A program made the position numbers and the translations under genes. 54,160 nucleotides of DNA, taken from the sequence record SRR20825019_1297. The stretch is one strand, 5' to 3'. Shown one piece after another: positions 40,637-50,172 of the stretch. The notes below the pieces were generated by a model. It saw nothing but the letters and a program-made list of their open reading frames with translations. It made no database searches and was not told where the DNA came from. Each line of letters starts with the position of its first letter. The first letter of the stretch is position 1.

Positions 40637-41686
40637 ATGAGCAACATAGAAATAGAACACCTATCATGCCTGATCATCGGCTCAGGTCCAGCTGGTTATA
40701 CCGCTGCAATTTATGCAGCGAGGGCAAATTTAAAACCTGTTTTATATACGGGTCTGGAACCTGGAGGGCAGTTGATTACGACTACCGAAGTAGATAATTT
40801 TCCGGGATATCCAAAAGGAGTTCAGGGATTCCAGATGATGGAAGACCTGCGCGATCAGGCTGTGCGTTTTAATGCAGAAGTGCGCTATGGCATTGTAACC
40901 GGCGTAAACTTTAATGAAAGGCCATTGCAAATTGATATTGATGAGTCCAAGCGCATTTTGGCTGATTCTGTGATTATTGCCACCGGTGCTTCTGCTAAAT
41001 GGCTAGGTCTGCCTTCAGAAAAACAATATAACGGTCACGGTGTGTCTGCCTGTGCAGTTTGTGACGGGTTCTTTTTTAAAGGGCAGGATGTAATTGTTGT
41101 CGGAGGTGGTGATACTGCCGCAGAGGAAGCGTCTTATTTGGCAAAATTGTGTAACAAAGTGTATATGCTGGTAAGACGTGGCGAATTAAGAGCCTCAATG
41201 CCTATGCAGGATCGGGTTACCTCCATAGACAATATCGAGATATTGTTTAATACTGAACTTTTGGAAATTGAAGGAAACAGCAATGTGGTTACCGGTGCTA
41301 AGATATACAACAATAATGATAAGAATGAACAATCATTGGCAATTCAAGGCGTATTTATCGCCATCGGTCATCAACCCAATACCAACGTCTTTAAAGATTA
41401 TATACAAATGGATGCCAATGGTTATATAAAAACATTCCCTGGCACAACGAGAACAAATATTTCCGGCGTTTTTGCCTGTGGGGATGCCCAGGATAATGTT
41501 TACAGACAAGCTATTACGGCTGCGGGAACAGGGTGTATGGCGGCTTTGGATGCCGAACGCTACCTGTCTTCAAGAAAAGTTCGTAATAATATTGAATGTA
41601 TAGGTGACGAAGAAACAATTACAACCATTGTTTCCAAAAATGGATTTCATTGTATAGAAGAAGAGCTTTCGGATGCTTTTAATTAA
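40637..41686 (+). CDS. trxB: Thioredoxin-disulfide reductase
   Basis: IIGSGPAG, CAVC, VVGGGDTA, GVFACGD, RQAITAAGTG. Confidence 0.95.
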   Translation: MSNIEIEHLSCLIIGSGPAGYTAAIYAARANLKPVLYTGLEPGGQLITTTEVDNFPGYPKGVQGFQMMEDLRDQAVRFNAEVRYGIVTGVNFNERPLQIDIDESKRILADSVIIATGASAKWLGLPSEKQYNGHGVSACAVCDGFFFKGQDVIVVGGGDTAAEEASYLAKLCNKVYMLVRRGELRASMPMQDRVTSIDNIEILFNTELLEIEGNSNVVTGAKIYNNNDKNEQSLAIQGVFIAIGHQPNTNVFKDYIQMDANGYIKTFPGTTRTNISGVFACGDAQDNVYRQAITAAGTGCMAALDAERYLSSRKVRNNIECIGDEETITTIVSKNGFHCIEEELSDAFN

Positions 41687-41730
41687 ATCTATGAATCATT
41701 ATTAAATCATAAACTTAAATTATATATAAT

Positions 41731-42480
41731 ATGAAAAAGTTAGAAAATAAAGTGGCTCTCATAACAGGAGGCAGTAGTGGGATAGGATTGGCCATTGCAA
41801 AAACTTTTGCCGGGGAAGGTGCAACTGTTATTATTATCGGGCGAAACAAAGCAGCACTTGATGATGCAACTGATGAAATCGGTTCTTCTGCAACAGGTTT
41901 ACAGGGTGATGTTTCCAATCTGAATGACCTTACCCGTATTTACCAAACTGTTCAGGAAAAATTTGGCAAAATTGATGTACTTGTTGCCAATGCAGGTGTT
42001 TATGTGCTTGCACCGCTGGCAGATTTTACAGAAGAGATGTTCGAAAACGTAAGCGATGTAAATTTTAAAGGAACATTCTATACAGTTCAAAAAGCGATTC
42101 CTGCCTTAAAAGAAGGCGCCTCTGTTATCTTAAATTCCGGAACTGTAAATGAGAAAGGATTCCCCAACCACGCTGCTTACTCAGCTACTAAAGCTGCTAT
42201 TCGGTCATTAGCAAGAAGTTTCTCAGTCGAACTTGCGGACAAAAAGATAAGAGTAAATGCTCTTTCTGCGGGACCTACCGATACTCCTGTCTTTAATAAA
42301 GTGATGTCTACACCAGAAGAAGCCAAAGCAATGGCAGAAGGAATGGGCAATTTTACTCTTGTAAAACGTCTTGGAAAACCGGAAGAAGTTGCTGCCGCTG
42401 CCTTATACCTGGCATCGGATGATTCTGCATTTATGGTCGGGTCTGATTTGTTGTTAGATGGAGGTTTGAGAGATTTGTAA
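41731..42480 (+). CDS. Short-chain dehydrogenase/reductase
   Basis: TGGSSGIG, NAG, YSATK. Confidence 0.92.
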   Translation: MKKLENKVALITGGSSGIGLAIAKTFAGEGATVIIIGRNKAALDDATDEIGSSATGLQGDVSNLNDLTRIYQTVQEKFGKIDVLVANAGVYVLAPLADFTEEMFENVSDVNFKGTFYTVQKAIPALKEGASVILNSGTVNEKGFPNHAAYSATKAAIRSLARSFSVELADKKIRVNALSAGPTDTPVFNKVMSTPEEAKAMAEGMGNFTLVKRLGKPEEVAAAALYLASDDSAFMVGSDLLLDGGLRDL

Positions 42481-42546
42481 AACACACCATTCCTAAAAAT
42501 GCTTTCGATAATAGAACATAAATATCAATGCAAATAACAAATAAAT

Positions 42547-43254
42547 ATGAAAGTAGAAATATGGAGTGATATCATGTGTCCCTTTTGTTATATAGGAAAG
42601 AAAAGGTTTGAAAATGCTTTAGCAGGATTTGAGAATAACGCTAATATTCAGGTGGAATGGAAAAGTTTTCAGCTAATGCCAGATATCAAAACACAAAAAT
42701 CTGGGAAATTTGATGATTTCTTAGTTGAATATAAAGGAATGAGTCCTCAACATGCCAAGGGAATGACCGATCAGATTTTGACTATGGCAGCAGAAACCGG
42801 TTTAGTGTATGATTTTGAGCATATCGTACCCGCCAATACGCTAAATGCCCATCGGTTCACTCATTTTGCCAAACAGTACGGTTTACAGAATGAAGCCGAA
42901 GAAGCTTTATTCCGATCCCATTTCACAGAAGCCAAAAATATAGATGACTTAGTCGTACTTATTCAATTAGGACAGGAAATAGGCTTAGATACTAAAGAAC
43001 TGAAAACAGCACTTGAAAAGAAAATGTTCACAGAGGAAATCTACAATGATATCCGCACAGCTGAACAATTAGGAATTCGTGGTGTACCTTTTTTCCTGTT
43101 TAATGGAAAATATGCTGTATCCGGAGCTCAGGCAATAGAACAGTTTAATAAGGTCTTAAAACAATCCTATATGGAATGGAGGCAAGAAAATCCCGAAATA
43201 AAATTAGCCATCATAGAGGGAAAAGTATGTACAACAGATGGCCATTGTGAATAA
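42547..43254 (+). CDS. DsbA/FrnE family oxidoreductase
   Basis: WSDIMCPFCYIG, GIRGVPFF, SGAQ, C-terminal CTTDGHC. Confidence 0.9.
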   Translation: MKVEIWSDIMCPFCYIGKKRFENALAGFENNANIQVEWKSFQLMPDIKTQKSGKFDDFLVEYKGMSPQHAKGMTDQILTMAAETGLVYDFEHIVPANTLNAHRFTHFAKQYGLQNEAEEALFRSHFTEAKNIDDLVVLIQLGQEIGLDTKELKTALEKKMFTEEIYNDIRTAEQLGIRGVPFFLFNGKYAVSGAQAIEQFNKVLKQSYMEWRQENPEIKLAIIEGKVCTTDGHCE

Positions 43255-43289
43255 TAAAAAACATTAAATAGATTAAAAAAGTAAAATAA

Positions 43290-43682
43290 ATGTCAAAACT
43301 CATTGAAGTAAATTATCAGGGAAAATTCCAATCTACAACAAAAACATATTTTAACCAGGAGCCACCTGTTACTGTAAATGCAAGTCGTTTTACACCTATT
43401 GATTTATTGGCAGGTGCATATGGAAGTTGCCTAATGGCTACCATTGATTATGAAACACAAAAGAAAGGTTTCCAGTGTGGAATTTTACGTGCGGAAGTAG
43501 GTTATGAAATGGCTGAAGACGGATTGAGCGTCGGTCAATTTAATATAAAGATTTTCTTCAATGAAGATTGTACTGATGAGCAAAAAAGCATCATCGAATC
43601 TGCGGCTAAGAATTTGTGCCATGTGGGCAATAGTATCAATCCAAAAGTTCAGAAGAATTTTGAATTTATTTATAATCATTGA
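43290..43682 (+). CDS. OsmC/Ohr-like protein
   Basis: TPIDLLAGAYGSC and CHVGNSI two-cysteine pattern. Confidence 0.8.
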   Translation: MSKLIEVNYQGKFQSTTKTYFNQEPPVTVNASRFTPIDLLAGAYGSCLMATIDYETQKKGFQCGILRAEVGYEMAEDGLSVGQFNIKIFFNEDCTDEQKSIIESAAKNLCHVGNSINPKVQKNFEFIYNH

Positions 43683-43699
43683 TATTTAATGTCAATAAA

Positions 43700-43820
43700 G
43701 AGGCTGTATCAAAAGTAAAATCGCCAACGTTGGTGCAATATATTATTTGCAACTAGTTTTAGAATAAGCCATTTAGAAAGAAAACGGGCAACTTTCAATC
43801 TGAAAGTTGCCCGTTTCTTT
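43700..43820. mobile_element. Possible IS-end remnant with strong hairpin
   Basis: GAGGCTGTATCAAAAG (43700-43715) resembles Bacteroidota IS1182/IS5-type terminal repeats as I recall them; 16-bp perfect stem 43782-43816; no transposase. Confidence 0.35.
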
Positions 43821-43944
43821 AATATAACCACTGCCCAAAATTTAATTCAGTGGGTGTTTCTAAAAATCGCCTTAGGAGACGGCTTCTTTTATTCAAGTAG
43901 TTATCAATCATTTATTTCAAGGTACCTCAACTATGCTTTAATTT

Positions 43945-45135
43945 ATGTTTTTATTCAATCCCAGACACAGGTTTATTCTTCCTTTAATCGTTTTTTCGCA
44001 GTTTGCCTGCACTTCACTTTGGTTTGCGGCCAATGCGGTAATGCCGGATTTAGTTCGGGAATTAGGAGTTCCGGCTTCGATAACCGGTTTGATTACGTCT
44101 TCTGTTCAATTAGGTTTTATTGCCGGATCATTGTTTTTTGCTGTTTTTGCCATAACCGATCGCTTTTCGCCATCGAAAGTGTTTTTTGTAAATGCAATTC
44201 TGGCGGCAGTTTTTAATATCAGCATTACTTTTGGCCAACCAGGATTAACTATACTGCTTTTATTACGCTTTTTTACTGGTTTCTTTCTGGCTGGAATTTA
44301 TCCTGTCGGTATGAAAATTGCCGCTGACCATTTTGAAAAAGGGTTAGGAAAGGCATTAGGTTTTCTGGTTGGGGCGCTTGTTTTAGGTACCGCTTTTCCG
44401 CATTTTTTGCACGCGTTCGGTTCGGTTTTATCCTGGAGATTATTGTTTTACGTTACCTCTGCTTGCGCATTATTGGGGGGATTTTTGGTTTTGCTTTTTG
44501 TGCAGGATGGCCCCCTTCGAAGAAAAAACGCAGTTGTTCATTTCAAAGGAATCTTTAGTATTTTCCGGGAAAAAAAATTTCGTTCTATAGCATTCGGTTA
44601 TTTTGGCCACATGTGGGAAGTTTATACACTTTGGGCATTCCTTCCGCTCATGATGCAAACTTATATGCATCTGCATACCGGGCAGAAGCTAAATGTTTCC
44701 CTATTTTCTTTTCTGCTAATCGCATCCGGCAGCATTTCCTGTATTGTAGGCGGATTGATTTCGCAAATCATAGGAAGTAAAAAAGTTGCCTTTAGTGCAT
44801 TGCTAATTTCTGCTTTATGCTGCCTGTCCTCACCTTTGTTTTTTCAGATGAATGCGATGTTGTTTTTAACCATGCTTTTTTTATGGAATATGAGTATGTC
44901 TGCCGATTCGCCGCAGTTTTCTGCATTAACTGCATTGTATGCCCCACCGGAGTTAAAAGGCAGTGCTCTAACTATTGTAAATTGTATCGGATTTGCAATT
45001 ACGATTGTTAGTATTCAATTAACCAACGTTTTATTATTGAGATTCAATCCGGTTTATGTTTTTCCGATACTTGCAGTCGGACCGGTTTTAGGATTGATTG
45101 CTCTTCGGCCTCGCTCTGCTGTTATTACGAAGTAG
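43945..45135 (+). CDS. MFS transporter
   Basis: About 12 hydrophobic segments; DRF loop, LRFFTG, ADSPQFSAL. Confidence 0.9.
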   Translation: MFLFNPRHRFILPLIVFSQFACTSLWFAANAVMPDLVRELGVPASITGLITSSVQLGFIAGSLFFAVFAITDRFSPSKVFFVNAILAAVFNISITFGQPGLTILLLLRFFTGFFLAGIYPVGMKIAADHFEKGLGKALGFLVGALVLGTAFPHFLHAFGSVLSWRLLFYVTSACALLGGFLVLLFVQDGPLRRKNAVVHFKGIFSIFREKKFRSIAFGYFGHMWEVYTLWAFLPLMMQTYMHLHTGQKLNVSLFSFLLIASGSISCIVGGLISQIIGSKKVAFSALLISALCCLSSPLFFQMNAMLFLTMLFLWNMSMSADSPQFSALTALYAPPELKGSALTIVNCIGFAITIVSIQLTNVLLLRFNPVYVFPILAVGPVLGLIALRPRSAVITK

Positions 45136-45331
45136 GAAGAAACTTGATCAAACGATATTGTTTATATTGCTTAAGAAAGATTTATCCTAATGAAAGGCGA
45201 TCAATGTTATTGATTATTTTAAAAAAACGGAGGCTATCACACCTCACGAATTTTAGATTGCAAATTTACAAATTATTATTCCGACCTTAATTTTGGGGGA
45301 ACTGATTTACTTTAATGTAGGCGGACAACGA

Positions 45332-47341
45332 TTATTCTTCCTGTTGCACCAAATGCTGTAAGTCAGGGTCGTTTTTGATGCGCTCTATTTCACTTTCGAT
45401 AATCTTCACAATGTCCAACTTCACCCGCTTGTAATTAGCTTCAATTTCCTGCTTCATACTGTCTTTTCCGCTTTTATCGGTAAAGGATAATATCTGCGGT
45501 ATTTTCTTGTATGCTTTGGTTTCAGCAGAAACCTTATCATTATCTACCACAATCTCCGCATGAAATATTTTCTGCTCGATACGTTCATTAAAATTGTCAG
45601 ATACCGCACCCACAAACATTCCCTGAGTTAGTGTTGAGATTTTGGAAGCAGGTATCAGGCTGTCCATTTGTGTGGAAATGGAGGTGGATTTATCATTGCG
45701 GTTGATGGTCATGCTCTGTCTTTTCTGCAACACCTTACCAAACCGTTCCGAAAGGCTTTTGGCAGTTTCGCCTACTACCTGTCCGGAAAAAACATTGCCC
45801 ACTGTATTTTGGATGACCTTGCTCTCTTTATCTCCGTAGTCCCTTGTCAATTGTGAAAAATCCTGAAACCCCAAACAAACTGCCACCTTGTTACTTCTCG
45901 CAGTGGCGATAAGGTTATCCAAGCCCCGGAAGTAGATCGTAGGCAACTCATCAATGATCACCGAGCTTTTTAATTGCCCTTTTTTGTTAATGAGTTTGAC
46001 AATTCTTGAATTGTATAATCCCAATGCTGCCGAATAAATGTTCTGACGGTCAGGATTGTTGCCAACGCATAATATCTTAGGCGCTGCCGGGTTGTTGATG
46101 TCCAGCGAAAAATCATCCCCGGTCATGACCCAATATAACTGTGGACTTATCATCCTTGACAAAGGGATCTTTGCCGATGCGATCTGCCCCTGTAATTGGT
46201 CTTGCGCTCCACCTTGCCACGCATCCATAAAAGGGGACAAATAGTTTTCCAGTTCGGGGTATGAAGTAAGGATAGTAAATACGTCTGCATATTTTTTATT
46301 CAGCAATTCAATAGCGTGGGGAAAGGTGCAATACCTGCCGTTTTCATAGATTTTGAGATACCATATAATAGCGGCCAGCAGGATAATTGGACTTTCCACG
46401 AAGAAATCGCCCTGCTTCTGTATCCAGCTACGGTTGAGGTTCAGCATAATGGTATAGGCAGCTTCGTAGGCATCCGAAATATCCGTCATAAAGTCGGGAT
46501 TGAGTGGATTGCAGCGATGGCTCCTTCTCGGATCGTCAAAATTGATGACATAAAATTTGGGCTTTACCTTGTACTTATGGGTGTGCTTTAGCAGGTGGTT
46601 GTAGGCAATCATGGAAAGGTCATCAAACTTGAAATCATAGATGTACATACTGAAGCCTTTCTCGATATGCTGCTTGATATAATTGTTGATGATGGCGTAT
46701 GATTTACCGGAACCCGGCGTTCCCAAAACAATTGAGGCCCTAAAAGGATTGACCACATTAATCCAACCATTGTTCCATTTATTCTTGTAATAAAACTTGG
46801 TGGGAAGGTTAACGGAATATTCGTTTTGCATCAATTGGGTTTCCTGTTGGAAACTTTCGTTCTCGTTATTGAAAACATCGTCCATCAAATTGTTACGGAG
46901 CAGTCGGCTCATCCACACTCCGGCAACCATTAAGGCGATATAGCCTAACGAAGTAGTCAGGATATAAAGCGATGTAACAATTCCAACCTCAACCGATAAT
47001 TTCAGCAATGGTGTATTCAGAAAGAACAGCACAAACCCAATAATCAGGGCGGTGTAAATCTTGGGCCATGTTATTTTTTCGTTCTTTACACCTTTTGTAC
47101 CCAAACAACTTAAGGCCAGTAATAGCAGTGCAAAAATTTTAGTGTAACGTGTGTTTGAGAATAGCCCTGCGGTACGGTTGAAGCTGGTAAGTATCTTGCC
47201 TATAGTCTTCAGTGTCCAACCACGTTCGGCGAAGAACCCATAACAGAACCAATAGAAGTGCATCAGTACCAAAAGAATACTTACGGCACGCATAAAAGCC
47301 ATGATTTTGGCCAATCCCCTTAAATCGTCTTCTCCCTGCAT
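45332..47341 (-). CDS. mobC: Conjugative coupling protein MobC (YWFCY + TraG/VirD4-like)
   Basis: YWFCY motif, GTPGSGKS Walker A, IIDELPT Walker B. Confidence 0.95.
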   Translation of the reverse strand: MQGEDDLRGLAKIMAFMRAVSILLVLMHFYWFCYGFFAERGWTLKTIGKILTSFNRTAGLFSNTRYTKIFALLLLALSCLGTKGVKNEKITWPKIYTALIIGFVLFFLNTPLLKLSVEVGIVTSLYILTTSLGYIALMVAGVWMSRLLRNNLMDDVFNNENESFQQETQLMQNEYSVNLPTKFYYKNKWNNGWINVVNPFRASIVLGTPGSGKSYAIINNYIKQHIEKGFSMYIYDFKFDDLSMIAYNHLLKHTHKYKVKPKFYVINFDDPRRSHRCNPLNPDFMTDISDAYEAAYTIMLNLNRSWIQKQGDFFVESPIILLAAIIWYLKIYENGRYCTFPHAIELLNKKYADVFTILTSYPELENYLSPFMDAWQGGAQDQLQGQIASAKIPLSRMISPQLYWVMTGDDFSLDINNPAAPKILCVGNNPDRQNIYSAALGLYNSRIVKLINKKGQLKSSVIIDELPTIYFRGLDNLIATARSNKVAVCLGFQDFSQLTRDYGDKESKVIQNTVGNVFSGQVVGETAKSLSERFGKVLQKRQSMTINRNDKSTSISTQMDSLIPASKISTLTQGMFVGAVSDNFNERIEQKIFHAEIVVDNDKVSAETKAYKKIPQILSFTDKSGKDSMKQEIEANYKRVKLDIVKIIESEIERIKNDPDLQHLVQQEE

Positions 47342-47374
47342 TATTTTTCAGTTTTCAGTTTTAATGTTCGGGTG

Positions 47375-47444
47375 TGAATTTAAAAGCTCTATGGTGTGGC
47401 TATAAGAATATGGCAGTATTTGGCGGTATGTGGCGGTGCTTGGC
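47375..47444 (-). promoter_or_regulatory. Phased GCCA array plus degenerate -7 box upstream of mobC
   Basis: TGGC on + at 47411, 47421, 47431, 47441; TAAATTCA on - starting at 47382. Confidence 0.55.
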
Positions 47445-47555
47445 TGAATGTTAATTAAGGTATCAACAATACAGAGATTTTGTTACAACTTCCATTAATA
47501 GGGTTACATCAACTTCAATTTTCATTCGGAACTTTGTAATGCAAAAAACGGCAGT

Positions 47556-48257
47556 ATGAATATTCTGAAAATATTAATCATTGTAACGAACATCAATGCC
47601 TATACAAGCGGCAAAGAAGCAGGCTTGTGGTTGAGCGAGCTGACGCATCTTTATCACGCAGCAAAAGAAGAAGGTTATAAAATCACCATTGCCAGCCCCA
47701 ACGGTGGTAATGTCCCCATTGATCCTGAAAGCCTGAAACGCTTTACCCTTGACAGAATATCTAAAGCATACTGGAACGATACCTCGTTCCGGGAATTGCT
47801 GAAAAATAGCAAGCGTTTAACCGATATTTCCAACCAGACATTTGATCTGGTATATCTGGCCGGCGGACATGGTACCATGTACGATTTCCCGAATGATACT
47901 ACCATGCAACATATTATCAGAAATCAATATGAAAACGGAAAAATGGTAGCCGCCATCTGTCACGGTGTGGGTGGACTGCTGAATGTAAGATTGTCCAATG
48001 GGGAATACCTGATAAAAAACAAAACTATCACCGGTTTTAACTGGTTTGAAGAAAGCCTGGCGAACAGGAAAAAAGAAGTGCCTTTTAACCTGGAAGCTGC
48101 CTTAAAGGAAAGAGGAGCCGATTATAAAAAGGCTCTCATCCCGATGACCTCAAAAGTAGTGGTGGATGGCAACCTGATTACCGGACAAAACCCCTTCAGT
48201 TCCAAAGAAATGGCAAAAGTGGTGATGCGTGAATTGAAAACAAATAAAAACCAATAG
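47556..48257 (+). CDS. DJ-1/PfpI (type 1 glutamine amidotransferase-like) protein
   Basis: GLWLSEL, LAGGHG, AICHG, LITGQNPFS. Confidence 0.9.
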   Translation: MNILKILIIVTNINAYTSGKEAGLWLSELTHLYHAAKEEGYKITIASPNGGNVPIDPESLKRFTLDRISKAYWNDTSFRELLKNSKRLTDISNQTFDLVYLAGGHGTMYDFPNDTTMQHIIRNQYENGKMVAAICHGVGGLLNVRLSNGEYLIKNKTITGFNWFEESLANRKKEVPFNLEAALKERGADYKKALIPMTSKVVVDGNLITGQNPFSSKEMAKVVMRELKTNKNQ

Positions 48258-48258
48258 C

Positions 48259-49197
48259 ATGCAAACGATATTAGGAGCCAATGGACAGATTGGTGAAGAA
48301 CTGGCGAGAGCGTTAAAGAGGAATTTCACCTCATACCTCCGCATTGTAAGCAGAAATGCCAAAAAGGTAAACGATACCGATACGGTTTTATCGGCAGATC
48401 TATCCATTAAAGAAAAAGCCGTTGAAGCCGTGAAGGACAGTGAGATTGCCTATTTCACTTTAGGGCTCCCCATCAGTTCGGCGCTGTGGGAACAACAGTT
48501 TCCTTTGATTACAAGGAACGTGATTGACGCCTGTAAAACCAACGGAACAAAGCTGGTGTTTTTTGACAATACCTATATGTATCCGCAGGATGACCGGGTG
48601 CTCACGGAAGAAACCATTTTTAATCCGGTGGGAAGAAAAGGCAGGGTGAGAAAAGAAATGGCAGAAATGGTCTTAAAGGAAATGCAGTCTGGCGATTTGG
48701 AAGCCGTAATTTGTCGGGCTCCCGAGTTTTACGGCCCCGGAAAAACGCAGAGCATTACCAATACTTTGATTTTTGATAATATCAGGAAAGGGGAAAAACT
48801 GAAAGTGCCCTTACGTGCCGATAAAAAAAGAAGCCTGATCTGGACACTGGATGCCAGCAGGGCAACAGCCCTGATCGGAAATACGCCGGATGCATTCGAA
48901 CAAACCTGGCATTTGCCTGTGGATGAAAGCCATCCTACCTACAGCGAATTTATCGGGTTGGCATCCGAAGTTTACCAGAATAAATTAAAATACACCGTTG
49001 TTCCGAAGTTTGCTTTTAAGGTTGGCGTGCTTTTTAATGAGCGGGTAAAGGAATTGCAGGAACTGCTCCCCAGATATGAGCATGACAATATCTTTGATGA
49101 TTCAAAATTCAGAGAACGTTTCCCTGATTTTGAAGTAACGCCTTATAGGCAGGGAATGGAGCGGATTAAGAACGAACAACTTTCAGCACAAAAATAA
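48259..49197 (+). CDS. NAD-dependent epimerase/dehydratase family protein
   Basis: ILGANGQIG Rossmann motif; FFDNTYMY, RAPEFYGP. Confidence 0.87.
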   Translation: MQTILGANGQIGEELARALKRNFTSYLRIVSRNAKKVNDTDTVLSADLSIKEKAVEAVKDSEIAYFTLGLPISSALWEQQFPLITRNVIDACKTNGTKLVFFDNTYMYPQDDRVLTEETIFNPVGRKGRVRKEMAEMVLKEMQSGDLEAVICRAPEFYGPGKTQSITNTLIFDNIRKGEKLKVPLRADKKRSLIWTLDASRATALIGNTPDAFEQTWHLPVDESHPTYSEFIGLASEVYQNKLKYTVVPKFAFKVGVLFNERVKELQELLPRYEHDNIFDDSKFRERFPDFEVTPYRQGMERIKNEQLSAQK

Positions 49198-49213
49198 AAA
49201 CGGTAATTTAGCC

Positions 49214-50149
49214 ATGTACAAAGCTGAGAACCAAGACATGAAAGCTCCGGAAAAAGTTTCGTCCATAAGTGCATTGCACCGGTTTTTGGGGTTGAAAAGA
49301 CCATCCAATCCGCTGATCAGTGTTTTCAACTTTGATGATGTAAAACTGGAGCCTGAAACTATCCTAAGTGCGATAACAACGGATTTTTATGTGGTTGCCT
49401 TAAAGAAAGATTGTGCAGGTGGCAAATGCAGGTACGGCCAGCAATATTATGATTTTGATGAAGGGATCATGTACTTTATCGCCCCGCATCAGGTATTGCA
49501 GTTTGAAGATGTGCTCCTTAACGGAGTGAAAGGATTTGTACTGGTGGTACATCCCGATTTTTTCTACGGGCATACTTTAGCATCGCAAATCAGAGACTAC
49601 GGTTATTTTTCCTATGCAAGTAACGAGGCCCTTCATCTTTCCGAAACAGAGGAAAAATCCATCATGGACATCATAGAAAATATCAGTAGAGAAATGGATG
49701 CCAATATGGATACTTTCACCCAGGATCTGCTGGTAACCAATATTGATTTGTTGCTGAAATACTGTGGTCGTTTTTATAACCGCCAATTCCTGACCCGAAA
49801 AAAGGCTAATAATGACCTACTTACCAAACTCGAAGCGCTATTGGACGGTTATTTCAAAAATGACCGGTTAATTTCAAATGGTATTCCTACCGTTCAGTTT
49901 GTAGCCCAGGAACTGCATCTGAGCCCTAATTACCTGAGTGATATGTTGCGTGTGCAAACCGGACAGACTACCCAGCAACACATCCAAAACCGGGTGATAG
50001 AAAAAGCAAAAGAATTGCTTTCCACCACGGGAATGTCCGTATCAGAGATTGCGTATCATTTAGGGTTTGAGCACCCGCAATCTTTCCATCGCTTGTTCAA
50101 AAACCGGACTTCTGTTTCTCCTTTGGAGTTCCGTACCTCATTTAACTGA
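49214..50149 (+). CDS. AraC family transcriptional regulator
   Basis: YGQQYYDFDEG sensor region; LSPNYLSDML, VSEIAYHLGFEHPQSFHRLFK. Confidence 0.92.
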   Translation: MYKAENQDMKAPEKVSSISALHRFLGLKRPSNPLISVFNFDDVKLEPETILSAITTDFYVVALKKDCAGGKCRYGQQYYDFDEGIMYFIAPHQVLQFEDVLLNGVKGFVLVVHPDFFYGHTLASQIRDYGYFSYASNEALHLSETEEKSIMDIIENISREMDANMDTFTQDLLVTNIDLLLKYCGRFYNRQFLTRKKANNDLLTKLEALLDGYFKNDRLISNGIPTVQFVAQELHLSPNYLSDMLRVQTGQTTQQHIQNRVIEKAKELLSTTGMSVSEIAYHLGFEHPQSFHRLFKNRTSVSPLEFRTSFN

Positions 50150-50172
50150 ATGTAAAATTGATTCGTCGATTC

